The notes under the pieces are model-generated. The model searched no databases. It saw only the letters and a list, made by a program, of their open reading frames with translations, and had not been told where the DNA came from. A stretch of DNA of 64,000 nt from the human T2T-CHM13v2.0 reference genome, Homo sapiens. The position numbers were made by a program, and so were the translations under genes. The stretch lies in assembly GCF_009914755.1 (NCBI RefSeq), contig NC_060927.1; one strand, given 5' to 3'. Of this stretch, positions 47,403-63,809 are shown piece after piece. Every line of letters begins with the position of its first letter. The first letter of the stretch is position 1.

Positions 47403-49176
47403 TAACTTCAAGGATATTAGAATAATAAAATCTTCGGTGCGTTTTTTTCTTCTGTAAAAAAATTCCAATTCCCTATAAATTGCTTTTGCAATAAGTAATA
47501 TTATAATATTTAAGTGAACCATAATTATAAGAGTGTTAGTCCCAAAATAACTCATATAAAATTACAGTCTGTCATTTTGCTTTGGCCTCCAGCTCTAGCA
47601 ATGAATAGGTAGGGATGAAGAAAAGGTTTTCTACCAAGGATAAAAGAAGAACAGCAACTTCTCTCGGACCAGTAGCCAAAGACAAAGATCTAAACTGTTT
47701 CCACTCTCCTAGCTGGCCACCTCATAGACAGGATATGGCTCTATTTGGGACAGATAATCAGAATTTCTTCTTGCCTTTCCTGCAGACCAGCTCAGTCCCG
47801 CTCAGCTCCCGTACCTTCTAGGCAGAAATAGTCTTGTCACTTCATGTGAGGCCCCAGTCACCTGCTTAAGCCCTTTTGCACTTATTGGGCAGGTAAACAA
47901 GAGTTTGCATATAAATCGGGGCACCTTAGCTCTAGGATCAATAGGAAGCAGAGTCACAATGCCTAAGGTAATGAGAACGGTTAATAACTCAGATGATTAA
48001 ATCCTCCTTTTCCAGGATCATGGTGTAGACCAAGAGTACCTGCAGTCACGCCAGGAATGACGTCCATTCTTACCTCACCCATCTGTTTTTGCACAATTTG
48101 CATTTAGATGTAGCAAACTAAATTTCCTTTACTCATTCCTTCCTTGTTTTTAAGCTCTACTTAATTCTGACAAGGTTCACAATCTAATGATGGAAAGGAC
48201 AGGCTTAATGGACAAAAGGGGATGTCAGCCTCCCAGAAACAAATATTCTTTTGTTGAGATCTCCCACACAAAATGTGGTCAGTATGTCAGCCTGGAAATG
48301 TTGACCTTTTCACAGTTGCCATTAATGGGTCAAGCCAGTGGGAGAAATGCCAGGCAAGAGCTGTCCCCACTCACCTGGGGTCAGAATAGAGGAAGAGGAA
48401 TAAAGATTCACATAATTCTCACAGTCAAATTTCTCGACCTCCTACCAATATCATGGGGGCAGAAGCTAAGTTTAGATGAGGAAAATGACTTACTTTCCAT
48501 TCTCTCAAAAGATCCACTATTATAAGAGTTTATGTTTCTAAAACCTCCTTACTTTAAAATAATTTTTTTAAGTTGTTACTCTGGGTGTAGAGAGAGGCCT
48601 TGCCTAAAATCCAAAATTGTCGGGTTCCTTGATTCTTAATGACATTAGCAAAATCAGTTCTGAAACACCACTCTCCAAGCAAAGTTTGGATCAAATTAAC
48701 ATTTCATCTCTCCTTCAGCCAGTTACTAAAAAAGGCATTTTCAGTCTTCACGTACAAACCCCAAATATAAGTGCCAATGGATATTCAATAACCATAAGCA
48801 AGCTCAGAATCACCACCTACCCTCTGGCATAACTACTTTCAGGTAAAGCTTACCAAAAAACAGCAATGCATCCTCCTTGCCTATCCCACAAAGAATGAAA
48901 TTACACTCCCGCTGTATCTTCTCAGAGAGGGAAAAACATTTCACTCCCTATAGCCATTCTTGTCAAATGACCTGATGGGGTAGTGACTGGAGCACAAATC
49001 CAGATCCAAGATCAAGAGAGGCCATTAACACACACGAAGGGAGACATGAATTATCCCAACAAAATTAAGTAGGTCCACTCTGGGTACTGCAACTAGGGTG
49101 GTGATCCTGGGCTCCATGCTTGGTAGGGAAGAGCTGTGAGGCATGATACCTTAATAAAATTGAGAACTTTAAGCAC

Positions 49177-49454
49177 TTTATTTATTTATTCATTTAGAGA
49201 CAGGATCTCACTCTGTCACCCAAGCTGGAGTACAGCGGCTCACTGCAGCCTCAACTTCCCAGGCTCAAGTGATCCTCCCACCTTAGCTCCCCTGAGTAGC
49301 TGGGACTACAGGCGCCCACCACTATCCACAGCTAATTTTTTGCATGTTTTGTAGAGACAGAGTCTCACTATGTTGCCCAGGTTGGTCTCAAACTCCTGGG
49401 TTCAAGCGATCTGCCTGGATTCAGCCTCGCAAAGTACTGGGATTACGGGCGTGA
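49177..49454 (-). mobile_element. Alu (AluJ-like)
   Basis: Alu dimer, slightly 5'-truncated. Confidence 0.9.
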
Positions 49455-49569
49455 GAGTACTTTTTAAAAAATAATTTTTACTTTTTAAAATTTATTTACT
49501 TATTTATTTTTATAGCCTTGAGGTCCCTCTGCATTGGTTGAGTTGCCCCAAGGCCACGTAGTTTCTAGC

Positions 49570-49730
49570 ATAGCTCTGACTCTAAGGAAACAGGCAAGGT
49601 AGTTCCCACTTTACCAACGAGGAAACGTGCTTCCTGAAGTTATGTAAGCTCATTATGTGGCAGATCCATGATTCAAACCAGTACGTCTGATTACAAAGCT
49701 CATGAGTACTCTCTATGACTGCTCTCTGAC
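49570..49730 (-). mobile_element. MIR SINE
   Basis: CCCACTTTACCAACGAGGAAAC...GATTCAAACCAG...TCTGA. Confidence 0.55.
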
Positions 49731-49888
49731 ATTGATGACCAAGCATCCAACCTGTCCATCCACACAACGCAAACAAAGCCATTAAGCCCAGATCCCTACC
49801 TTTAAAGCAGTAGAGGGAAACTGCTGTTGGCAACTGTAGAAGCCACTAAAGGAAGATCATTTTCCACTCAAAAATGGATGTAATTTTC

Positions 49889-50360
49889 AAAAAGGTGGAG
49901 ACAACCCAAAAGTCCACCAACAAATGAATGGATAAACAAAATGTGGTATATCCATACAATGCAATACTATTAAGCCATAAAAAGGATGAAGTTCTGATGT
50001 ATGCTACAACATAGAGGAGCCTTGAAAACATTATGCCAAGTGCAATAAGCCACTCATAAAAGACTACATATCATATGATTCAATTTACATACAATTTCCA
50101 GAATAAACAAAGCTACAGAGACATAAAGTGGATTAGTAATTTCTTAAGACTGGTGAAGATGAGAATGTGGAGGAGAGGGGCATGGCTAATAGCTATCTAG
50201 TTAGTTGGGGCTTCTCTTTTTGGTGATGAAAATGTTCTAAACCTGACTGTGATGATGGTTGTACATACCTGAATCTATTAAAAACTATTGAATTACACAC
50301 TTAAAATGAGTGAATTATGTGCTGTGTAAATTATATATCAATGAAGCTGTTAAAAAATAA
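49889..50360 (+). mobile_element. L1MB-like 3' end
   Basis: ATGAATGGATAAACAAAATGTGGTATATCCATACAATG, CCTTGAAAACATTATGC and GGTGATGAAAATGTTCT, ending in an A-rich tail. Confidence 0.88.
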
Positions 50361-50364
50361 GTAT

Positions 50365-50657
50365 GGCCAGGCACAGTGGCTCACGTCTGTAATCCCAGCA
50401 CTTTGGGAGGCTGAGGTGGGACCATGGCTTGAGGCCAAGAGTTCAAGGACAGCCTGGGCAACATAGGAAGACCCCATCGCTACAAAAATAAAATAAGCCA
50501 GCCAGGCATGGTGACGCACACCTGTAGTCCTAGCTACTTAGGAGGCTGAGGTGGGAGGATCTCTTGAGCCCACGAGTTTGAGGTTATAGTGAGCTATGAT
50601 TGTGCCAATGCATTACACTCTGGGTGACAAGTGAGAACTTGTCTCTAAAAAATAAAA
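50365..50657 (+). mobile_element. Alu (AluJ-like) at the L1 tail
   Basis: Alu dimer directly after the L1MB A-rich end. Confidence 0.93.
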
Positions 50658-51434
50658 TATATATGCAAGTGTAATTGGTTAAGCAAATTAAAAGGAAACT
50701 TGGCCATTATCTCCTTTAAGTTCTTCATTTAAGGGTGAGGAAACCAAGTAAAAAGTCCAATATTAGGCAAGCGTCCTACCTACTAATCCCAGTACTCAAC
50801 AATGTCCTTTGGGACCCAGCTCAGTGCTAGGTATAATGGTAGACCCCCAAAGAGTTTAAACCTAATCAGGCTTTTTGAAGCCAGGAACAATGAAATCCAA
50901 CAGCCTGTAGACTGGGTTCAGGGGTGGAGCGGACACTAAGAGCTGTGTAGTCAGGCAGGAGGTGAGACCTAGAAGGAAATCCATGGCAGAATGAACTGAT
51001 GGAGGGTCAGGGAAGAGGTGAGTGAGGGTGCTCCAGGGAAGGGGTACAAGCACTGCCAGGAGCTGTGGGTGGCAGCAAATGGGTTGCAAGGGAAGTGAGG
51101 CTCGATGAGCAGGGTCACACTGTCAGATTCTAGAGGTTTAGGAACCAGGCAGGAGATCAGCCCTGACAGGACAGGACACCAAGAAGAGTTCTGTAGCAGG
51201 AAAAGGGTGATGAGAGCCATCATGAAGGAAGATTAGCCTGGCTGTGGTGTGCAAAGGACTGAAGTCAGAGGCTAGTGTGCTGCAGTCTACAAATAAATGA
51301 TCACATCACACAGTAGGGTGGAGGCAACAGGAATGGAGAAAGAGGAAGGAAAGATGAGAGGTCCAGAAAGGGAAAAATAATGAAGACCCAACCATGTCAA
51401 GACCGGTGAGAGGGAAAAGGAGAGCCAGGGTGGC

Positions 51435-51640
51435 TCTGGGCCCAGACTGCCCAAGTTTAAGTCCTTACTAGTGTGCGGCTTTGGTCAAGTTCCTTAAATG
51501 CCCTGTACATCAGTTTTCTGAGCAAAGTGGGGATAAAAATAGTGTTTCTGTCAGAGTTCTTGGCATAATTAAATGTGAACAGTGTGAGAACAATGCCTGG
51601 CACAAAGTAAGTGCTAGGTACACGTTTGTTAAATAAATAC
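51435..51640 (+). mobile_element. MIR SINE
   Basis: CCAGACTGCC...CTTACTAGTGTG...TCAGTTTTCT...AATGCCTGGCACAAAGTAAGTGCT. Confidence 0.75.
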
Positions 51641-52750
51641 ACGTAAATGCATATTAAGATGTCTGTGACCCAGCTTCTAAAGATAAGAGCAGTAAGGAAA
51701 AGCCTCATTATCTCCCACCAAAGTTTCCTTTTTCACTCATTTTTTCCCGTTTATTTATCCTAAGGTTCTGGGAAGAATAAAACATGTTCCCTGCCCTTGA
51801 GAATGGGCTTTCAAGGAGAAATAAATCAGAAAACAGAGCAATGCCTATTCCCTACCAAGGTCCATGCACAATAAATGGTTGAATGACATGCTTGGTGAGG
51901 ATCCCAAAGAAGCAAGTGAAAGACCCTGGATCTGTCAGGCTGCTGTTGTGCAAGTCCACCTCTCCTGTGGAGCTCCTGTTTGCAAGGCAGCCAGTGACCC
52001 AAGGCCATGCTCAGCTGGCATTCGCCCTTTCACACGGATGTGCTTTCCAGACACTACCTCAGCACCAGCAACCACTGAGCCTCTTCCCTGCCCTGATTCT
52101 CAGTAGCTCACCCTCCAGACCCGGCCACGGTATATCCTCACCATGTCTGTCCCCTCACAACTTAAATCAAAGACTCTGAGGCCAAACCTTGAATTGACAA
52201 TGCTAGCCAAAAAGCTCTGAGCAGGGATGGAAGACTAAAGAGGAGAGGAGGAATCCCTGCCTTTCTTGCATGGGAGGGAGAAACACATTCTGTGATCTTG
52301 ACCAAAGAGCCCTGTATAATCAGAAATCAGCAGAAGGGGGCCCTGCTCTACCCTCTTCTTCATGTGGTTGTGACAATGTTCCTCTTCTCCTGGCTAGCTC
52401 ACAGGAGTGCTGGGGATACAGTGCTCTGGGTCTCCATATTTAAAAGAAGTTTAAATTATCATACAAATGCATTGTATTTTTAGTAATTGGACTTGTTTGA
52501 TCTCATATCTTTTGATAATTACTAAAAATCTCCCTTCAAAGTGATGAAAGATTCAAATGAAGCTAGAATTTAATTTATATTAGGTCTTTGAGATGAGGTT
52601 TAAGTAACATTACAGTCCCATTACTAGGAAAACGGGTAAATAAACTGTGTATAGCCATGAAATGGAGTAACGTATTAAGATCTCTAGCTGCTGTCATAGA
52701 ACAAAATACTTTAAAGTGGTGGGTAAAAACGAAGTTAAGGTACAATATAT

Positions 52751-52920
52751 AGAAGGAGAAGAAGAAGAAGAAGGAGGAGAAGGAGAAGGAGAAGGAGAAA
52801 GAGAAGGAGAAGAAGAAGAGGAAGGAGGACGAAGAGGAAGAGTAGGAGGAGAAGAGGAAGCGGAAGAGGGAGGAGGAGGAAGGAGAAAGGAGGAAGAAGG
52901 AAGAAGGAGAAGAAGAAAAA
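52751..52920. repeat. 170-nt near-pure purine tract (GAA/GGA/GAAGGA mosaic)
   Basis: Directly visible; only three pyrimidines in the tract. Confidence 0.97.
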
Positions 52921-54064
52921 CTTGAATCATTGGTTTCTACATGCATAAGTCTGAAGGACAGTCCCTGAACTGAGAAATGGGCTCTCCTTCTGGGGAGATG
53001 AGCAGGATTGGGGATAGAGGGTCAAGAAAGTCTATTGCTTTAGCTGAATTTCTTAAAGCAAGAATGCATTTATTTATGACTTGGGCAGTTTTTTAAAATA
53101 AAAAAAAGGCAATGTTGAATATATGACCATCTATGAGTAAAGTAAACCTGGTTTATAATTTTAAATTCTTCTTCCCTTTATTCTGGTCAAAAGGGAATTC
53201 ATTTTCCCACTTTTCTGAGATCTGAAAAGATGATAACCTTATCAAATCTTGGGTCTGTGTGATCTTAAAGGACAAGTAAAGAATAAAAAAGTTCAAGTCA
53301 AAATTTTAAATGAAGATATTAACAATGAATAAGTAATTTAGAATGTGATGTTCCCAGGAGAATGAATTTTCCTGGATTAATCTGGCTAAACTTTCTTTGA
53401 AGTTTGTGGATGATGGCAACACCACTGAAAATGAACTTGAGGCTGTGTTTAAATACTTGCTACAACTAGCTTTTCTGACATCTCTGTACTCACTACTGAC
53501 ACAGTCAATCCACTTAATTAGTTTTGTTGATATCTCCAATTCCCCTATTTACTTTGTGTCCTGAAAAGTCCTTTGAAACCCAAACAGCCTACTCTACCTC
53601 TTCAGCTCCATTGGGAAAGGTTACGATCTTAGGATCATTTGAAAGGCAAGGAGGGGGTAGTAAATTTCCACCATCAAGTGGAATGTGGAAATAATCTGGG
53701 AATAGATGAATATATTGAATTAATACCAGGAAATTTTCCTTTCTTGGATCTTCATTGTTTTTGCTTGAAAAACTGATTTTTTAGAATTTATAGTCGGGCT
53801 AAGAATTAAATACAAAGAATAGAATATATTCTAAAGTAAAATATACATTATATGTATCCTTTATGCTAAGCACAGTACCAGTATGTGGCACACAGTATGT
53901 GCTCCATAAATATGTATTGGCTTATTGCATAGGAAAGAGTCACCAGAAAATCTAAATAATGTAGAAATTTAAAAGAAAAAAATCATTTATATTTCTTTCA
54001 GCAAAAGTTAAATGAATCCCTACTATGCATGCCATGCTTTGGGCCAGGCATTAGAGAAGTATTA

Positions 54065-54249
<185 letters not shown>

Positions 54250-54483
54250 AGAGAAGTATTATGCAAGGCAGGTAAGATTTGGTTCTTGTCACTATGAGTT
54301 CATAGCATATAGAATAAAAATAAAGGACAAGTACTCTCTATCACAGCAAATAATCAAAGGTTGTCTATTATTTCTAAACTCAATTTCACATCAAACTTGC
54401 TATATTATTACATCTAATCTAAAAGCATCAATTTCTGCCTGTGACCACCCAGTCACATTTTGATTATTTTAACAGCATATTGA

Positions 54484-54879
<396 letters not shown>

Positions 54880-55192
54880 TAAGAATTGGCAAGTTGGAGA
54901 AATGAAATAAACCCATTCATTTACAAACAAACCTTACACGACACTCTGATGGACAGTAGAAAAGATTAAGTGGCAAATTACCCCAATAGATCAAATTACT
55001 ATGGGGATCTGGAGTAGGAGGAGATCCCTTCTAGTTGGTTGGTGTAATAAGGCATTAGACAGGAGATGGGGCTGGCTAAGTCTTAATAGACCAAGCATAG
55101 GGATGTAGGACATTCTAGGCAAGTGAGAAATGACACACTACTCCTAATCAAAAGTGCAAAGATGAGCTACTCTGTATGACATATGCAGTGGC

Positions 55193-55553
<361 letters not shown>

Positions 55554-56471
55554 TTAATCGTTTACGGAGCTTCCTTCAGGCCTGTTTATTAACATATTCC
55601 AAAAAAAATCACTGCTGTATGTACATATATGCCTTAAGATAAAGAGGAGCAACTGGAAAGAGATACAAGCCCCAAGTACAGTATACTTCCCTGACATTTG
55701 TGTTTTTAAAGAGTTCATTTAAAGGGCAATGGCATAATACTAGTATAATTCACATAATGCTAGCTCTGGGCTTTGGACTTTTAACCAAATGTTAAAAATG
55801 ACTCCTTTTCTCTTGTCTCTGCGTGTGCTTCTCTGACTCGCTTGGCCTGTTTCCATTCTCTTTCTTTTTTCTCTCTCCATCCTTCTTAGTGTAAGTTAAA
55901 AAAAAAAAATCAATGCCGCAAGTTATGTTTAAATTCAGCCCACATGACATTTCCTTCGCATTTAATTGCTTCCATACAATTTATATCCGCTAGTCACGCT
56001 AGACCCCAGAGTATTAAACATGCTCTTTTACAAAGAAGCTCTTGTCCTGTAATAACCCCCATAATCAAAGTTCAGGAATTATGGGTAAGGCTCAGCCGGC
56101 CGATGGGGAAACAAACAGGTTTTTAAATTCATCCAAAGCAGGCTTCAGGCAGGAAGCAAATCAAAGCCGTCACTCTACCACCAGGTTTGAGAGCAAAAAC
56201 ACCGCAGAGGCTAGCTCAAACGAGAGATACTGGCATCTCTGCACATCCAGCAAATCTGATGCCAGATACTTTCTCTTTGGGCTGCCGTGAAGAACCACTA
56301 AACAATGCCACTTAAAGACACATGGTTACATTCTCTCTGCTTTCAAGGCAGCCCATTCCAAAAAGATCTAGCAATGGTCTACAAAGACTGCTCTTAAAAT
56401 GCCTCTAAATGAATAAATCATTCTTCTTTGTTATTCAGAGTAGACTAAGACTAAAATTATCTTGGAAAAAA

Positions 56472-56761
56472 ATATATATATACAGGGTCTCTTTCTGTTG
56501 CCCAGGCCAGAGTACGGTGGTGCAATCATAGTTCACTGCAACCCTGAATTCATAGGCTGAAGTGATCCCCCTTGCCTCAGCCTCCCAAGTAGCTGGGACT
56601 ATAGCAGTGTGCACCACCACATTCTGTTAATTTTTAAAACTTTTTTATAGAGATGGGGTCTTGCTCTGTTGCTCAGGCCGGTCTCAAACTCCTGGCCTCA
56701 AGCCATTCTCCTGCCTCAGCCTCCCAAAGTTCTGGGATTATAAGTGTGAGCCACGACAACC
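56472..56761 (-). mobile_element. Alu (AluJ-like) with (TA)n tail
   Basis: Alu dimer with AluJ diagnostics. Confidence 0.9.
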
Positions 56762-56969
56762 TAAAGTTACCTCTTCTATTTTCCTATAGACAGCTTGGAC
56801 AACATGTCTGGTCTTCTTTCATACTAATGGACAGCTACATTAGTATGTAGCTCTCAAGGTCTCTTATAAACTCATATTTCTGGGCACTTTTACAACTTAT
56901 CCCATTATCTTCCCCACTTCTCAAGAAATCACCTCCCCAAAAGTTCACCTTTGAAAAAGTACAGAAGTT

Positions 56970-57295
<326 letters not shown>

Positions 57296-57678
57296 GAAAA
57301 AGTACAGAAGTCATACAACTACACAGGGGCACTAACATGATTTCTTGGATTGCCCTTATTCACGTAGCCCACTTTTCACAAGAATTGTGCCTACTTTTCT
57401 TACAAAATCTCTTTAAGCAACATCTCTGGTCTTCCCCACTGTATTCAGATAAATGCCTCTCTACCAGTGTCAACAATTTTAAGAAACCTTTAATTTCACC
57501 CAATCTCCTCTGCTCAAAACCCATCCAGATCAAGAGCAAAACAATTGAAACTATTTATCAGATCCAGACAGTTGCATCTTAAAGAACTTTTTGAAAGTTT
57601 CTATGGCTTGCATCTCTGATGGTTTTCATAAACCAATGCTTTTGTCTATAGATAAAGGTTAGAACCAATATAGATTGG

Positions 57679-58018
<340 letters not shown>

Positions 58019-59396
58019 TAGAAACTGGCAGATAATAAATATATTATTTATAGCCAATAAACTACTTTTGGTCTATCATAATAAAAAAAACAATTCCTAA
58101 GCTATCACTAAAACATGATGTCATTTGTGGTTGCTTTATTTTGTATTTACTATACAGATGTATTCTTTATTGTGATGGCCTAGATCTGGACATATTCAGA
58201 GCCAAAATTATTTTACGTATCAAGTCACTGGCAAATCAAAGAAAAACCAAATTATTTAAACATTCATTTAGGAGCTCATATTTATATTTTGGAAATGAAA
58301 CCTCATATTTTAAGGCATTCGATATTATTTATTATGCAGGGTCCTTTTATCTTGTTCCACAATATAACTTTTTGTTTTACTCTTGGCAGACTTTACTGTC
58401 ACTGTACAAAACAGACATTGTTTTAAAAACCCATTTGTAATAAGTGTCAGTAAATATGATCTTTCGCTTCAGCTGAAGCAACTCTATGGCATCAGTTTAC
58501 ACCTCCACACTTACTTGGAAGTTTATAATGCTTGTTTTCAGCAGCTTTCACACCTAGACTCCATACGATATGTACCAGCCACCAAGATGTTTACCAGTCC
58601 TCAGAAGGGCCTTTCGAGAACTCTTAAAACTTAATTTGTTACTGACGCTTTGCTTAAAGGACAATGCACTTTAATTAGCCACACCACTGGCCCTTTATTC
58701 ACACACATGAGGTAAGCTGGACATTCCAATGCATGTGCAACTGGGAAATTTGAGTCCTTTAATGGTTTTCAACAATTAACTAGGGCCGGCCAATTGTTAG
58801 GTTAAACAAAAAGCACTGTGGCAAAACTTGACTCACTTCACTACGGCTAATAATTACAAAAGGTTGTGCTGGTCCATCCCTCACTCTACTTACCTGCCAA
58901 AGTTTCAGGCAAAGTCTCAACAATTGGGATCTAACCTTTAAAATCATTTCTTTAATGTTGACACTCCAAATTGTCCATAATGACCCTACATTCTGCTCCT
59001 ACTGTTAATAATCACCAACTACTTAATAGTTTATTAAAAAGTTAGCAACAGACAAATACAAAGAACAATGTTTCCACTGTGTACCATACGGATTACAGCT
59101 CTTGGACCTTTGCTTGAGAACACAGCTTTCCAAGGCCCAAAGCACAGCCCCTGTCATCTTCATACTTCAAATGCAGACATGCAAGATCAATAACTCAAGG
59201 TTAACTTTTCTTAGATGATAGATAAGATAGCTAAACTTTTTTAAAAGCCTAGGTAAAAAAGAGATGTTTTAAACATACCCTTGGCTACAGCTCAACTTTT
59301 AGGTAGCTGATCCTTTCTCCATTCCTGCCTTCTTTCCTTCAAGCTTTTCTACAATATAGCCTTATGGTTGGATTTTATGTTAAAATGTACGAATGT

Positions 59397-60055
<659 letters not shown>

Positions 60056-61024
60056 TTATTTGCCAAAAGTTGCATATGCATAGGGTTATATTTCACATAA
60101 TACCTAAAACAAAGACCCAAAAAGTGGGGACGGTTGCACTAGAGAATGCATCTGCAGAAAACCTAAGTAATTTTATGAGCAGCACTCAAGTTTACTGCTT
60201 CTTTTATGATTCTTAATCCCGCCTACTAAATTCACATGTCTTTACAAATCCCAAATCTGTAACAAGGCCACCAAATGCTCCCAAATTAGCAAAATACAGA
60301 ATAGCCTTTTAACTACAATACAAGCTTTAACTACAAAATGCAGCCAAACTCAAACCAGTTTGATATAATTAAACATGTTTTATTTACCTTATATTGTGAA
60401 AGGGCAAACTGGCCTGGTGAACTTACTTGCATTAATCTGAGTCCCCTTTGCCAGGTATCAAAATCAGTTCCAGTGAATGGAGAAACAAAGATAGGAAAGA
60501 TAAACATTTATCTGAAACTACAGTTACATAATATTTGGAACCATAAATTTTTTACTGATACTCTCCAAACATAATCTGCTATTTTTATGGCTGTAATTTA
60601 GTTATGACGTGTGCCAGCAATAACAGTCCTGTGCACTACAAATTGTGACGAAGATTTTACCAAGCTAGGATTGCAGACTGTAATTTTCCTCACAGCAAGT
60701 AATGATCATATCAATTAGAGTCATGTTTTTACCCGAGTCTTATAACTTAGCTCAGTTAGTTATAAAACACTGATTTCGGACCCCATTTTAATAGGATGCT
60801 TAAACAAGCAAACGTGTGGTATACGGCAATAAAGTGAGAGACACTATAGGTTATATGGAAACTTGTGGGACTATGTGGGAGTGTATTCACACCTTATCTA
60901 ATTGAGATCTTTATTTTCCTTATTTTTCTGTCTCTCAAAACTAAATTATCTGAATTATCATAAGAATTAGTACCTCAGGCCCTGTTATGACCTATCCTGG
61001 GAAAGAAAGTGTCCTCGTGGAAAA

Positions 61025-61600
61025 GTCATTCACTGGACATTTTTCAGTCCTTATCTTCCTTGACCTCTGAGAAACACACCACAGAGCTAACCATTCTTTC
61101 TTCTTGAAAGACTTTCTTCCCTGGCTTCCACGCACCACTCTCTGGATTTCCTCCTACCTCTCTTTCTCTTCTCTCTCCATCTCTTTACAGGGTCCATCAG
61201 TACTTCTTGTTTCTTCTCATTCTATCTGTAACCTCTCTAAGAAATCTCAACCACACCAGGATTTGAATAATTATACACATTCCACTACACCCCATTTTCC
61301 TCCCTTGGGCATCTTAAAGTCACTTCAAACTCAATATGTTAAATAATTTCTCCACTTCTTCCAAGGCTCCCAGTACGGCTTGCTACAATTAGAGGCGCCA
61401 CCAGCCCTGACATTATACAGCCAGCAATCTGCAAATCTTCCTTTCCTCCTGCTTTACTCGCTGCCTTTATCCAATCCATCACCAAATCCTGTCAAATTTA
61501 CCTGCTAATATCCCTTCAGTGATTAAAATGATCTCACTTCTTCTCTTTTCCAGCACCACTAAAGCAACTTTTCAGCAATTAAATCACTCTTATGAATACC
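61025..61600 (+). mobile_element. L2 LINE fragment
   Basis: TTTTCAGTCCTTATCTTCCTTGACCTCT, CACCACTCTCTGGATTTCCTCCTACCTC and ATCCAATCCATCACCAAATCCTGTC. Confidence 0.75.
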
Positions 61601-62044
61601 TTCATTCCAGAGTGGCAGAATATTCCAGTCACTACCTGTGCTTCTGGAACTGTAATGAAAATTTCTATCCCTGTTTCTCCCCAGTATGGCTCACATCAGA
61701 CAGTCCTCGAAAACCTGACCAGTTTTGGGCCAGCAGAGACGTCACTTTCTTGAACCAAAAAGTCAAATCCCAGTCTCTAGATCATGGTTACCCCGATAAG
61801 GCTTTTCACCCTGAGACATCCCATCAGGCATTGCATCCAGTTCTCCAGAATTTAATCCATGTCTGTACTCTACCCGGTCCTGAGGTTATGTGAGGCTCAA
61901 CCAGTAACAGAGACTTCCCACAATGCAAAAACAAACTAATGCTGTTTTTATCAGTCAAGTCATATATACATATATGCATAATAAATCCTTGGAAGATAAC
62001 ACAAGTAACTGGGAACAGTAGTTACTTCTGAGGAGTAAACCTAG

Positions 62045-62727
<683 letters not shown>

Positions 62728-63496
62728 CCTACTTTTCACTTTATAACTTTCAGTTCTGTTTGGACTTTTTGGTAAGAGTATGTATTATTTTTATAACAAA
62801 AGCCAGCTTTTTAAAAACAAACCCCAAAATAAATGAAGTCAGTAAAAGTTACGTTTGTTCATTATAGTCACATTTACCATTTGCTTGGGTTTTCTCCTTT
62901 CTGATGGGTTATCACACACAGTTGCAGCCTCAACTATGATAGGTGCCCAGGTGCCCCTTTGAAAACCTAGGCTAAGAAGTGCTTTGCAAGTGCAAACTAG
63001 GAGAAAGATATTCAGTATTTTAATATCTGCAGAAAAGCCATCACAAATGAATATTTTTTTTTTAAATAAACAACCTAGCATGTGTATTTTTCTCCAGTCA
63101 CCATGTTTTGACTCCTGAGTCTGTCACTGGCAATGCTTACCAGCAGACTAGTCACAAAAAAGAACAGAAATTGGATTTTTGTACAGTGTTCAGAATTGAG
63201 ATGTGCCACAGCAAAATTTTAAAACAATGAGTTACTGTAGAAGCCACAAAGACATAAAATATATTATGTACTAGAAAACAGATTATATACAACCTTTGTG
63301 CCATAGATTTCCATTTTAAGACTGAACCTCTTAGAATGATTATTAAGTTAATGAAAGGTATGATTAATTGGTTGATGCAAAAATTATAGCTAGAAGGATG
63401 GATGGAAAAATAAAACGATAGGTAAGTAAATAGATGAATTGATTAAGAGATGGATGACAGACACATTAGATAGGTCGTTAAGAGAGATAAACAGAT

Positions 63497-63809
63497 TACT
63501 GCTTCTCAAACTATCTGTGGTGAAGGACCGGGGTTTTATTTCCAATCTGTCAAGACCAGTATGTAGTCCTATGGTGGATGGCTTATACATAGCTCACACC
63601 ACATGTGACTCACCACACAAGAGTGACACACCCAAACTACCCTGTTCCACAAGATAATTGCATTGGTCACCTACTTGGATGTCATAGCAATGCCATTTTG
63701 CCATAAAGTTTCTAAATACTCTCAACTTCTCTATCTAGCTCTTCATAGGCCAGTTATAATTCAACTGTACACTGGCATCAGTCCATGGACCATACTTTGA
63801 GTAGCACTA
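63497..63809. mobile_element. hAT-Charlie MITE (Charlie4-like)
   Basis: Inverted ends TGCTTCTCAAACT...ACTTTGAGTAGCA, within degenerate (GATA/GATG)n low-complexity sequence. Confidence 0.6.

Noticed and set aside
52575-52946. Glu/Gly-rich and Ser/Phe-rich ORFs
   Set aside because: Artefacts of the purine simple repeat.
53306-53570. Coding-looking stretch (possible processed pseudogene fragment)
   Set aside because: Frames close within about 75 codons, no recognisable homology, and no poly-A or TSD.
63135-63170. 7-nt micro-exon-like pattern on - (TAG|TCTGCTG|GTAAGC)
   Set aside because: Frameshifting, very short, and easily explained by chance.
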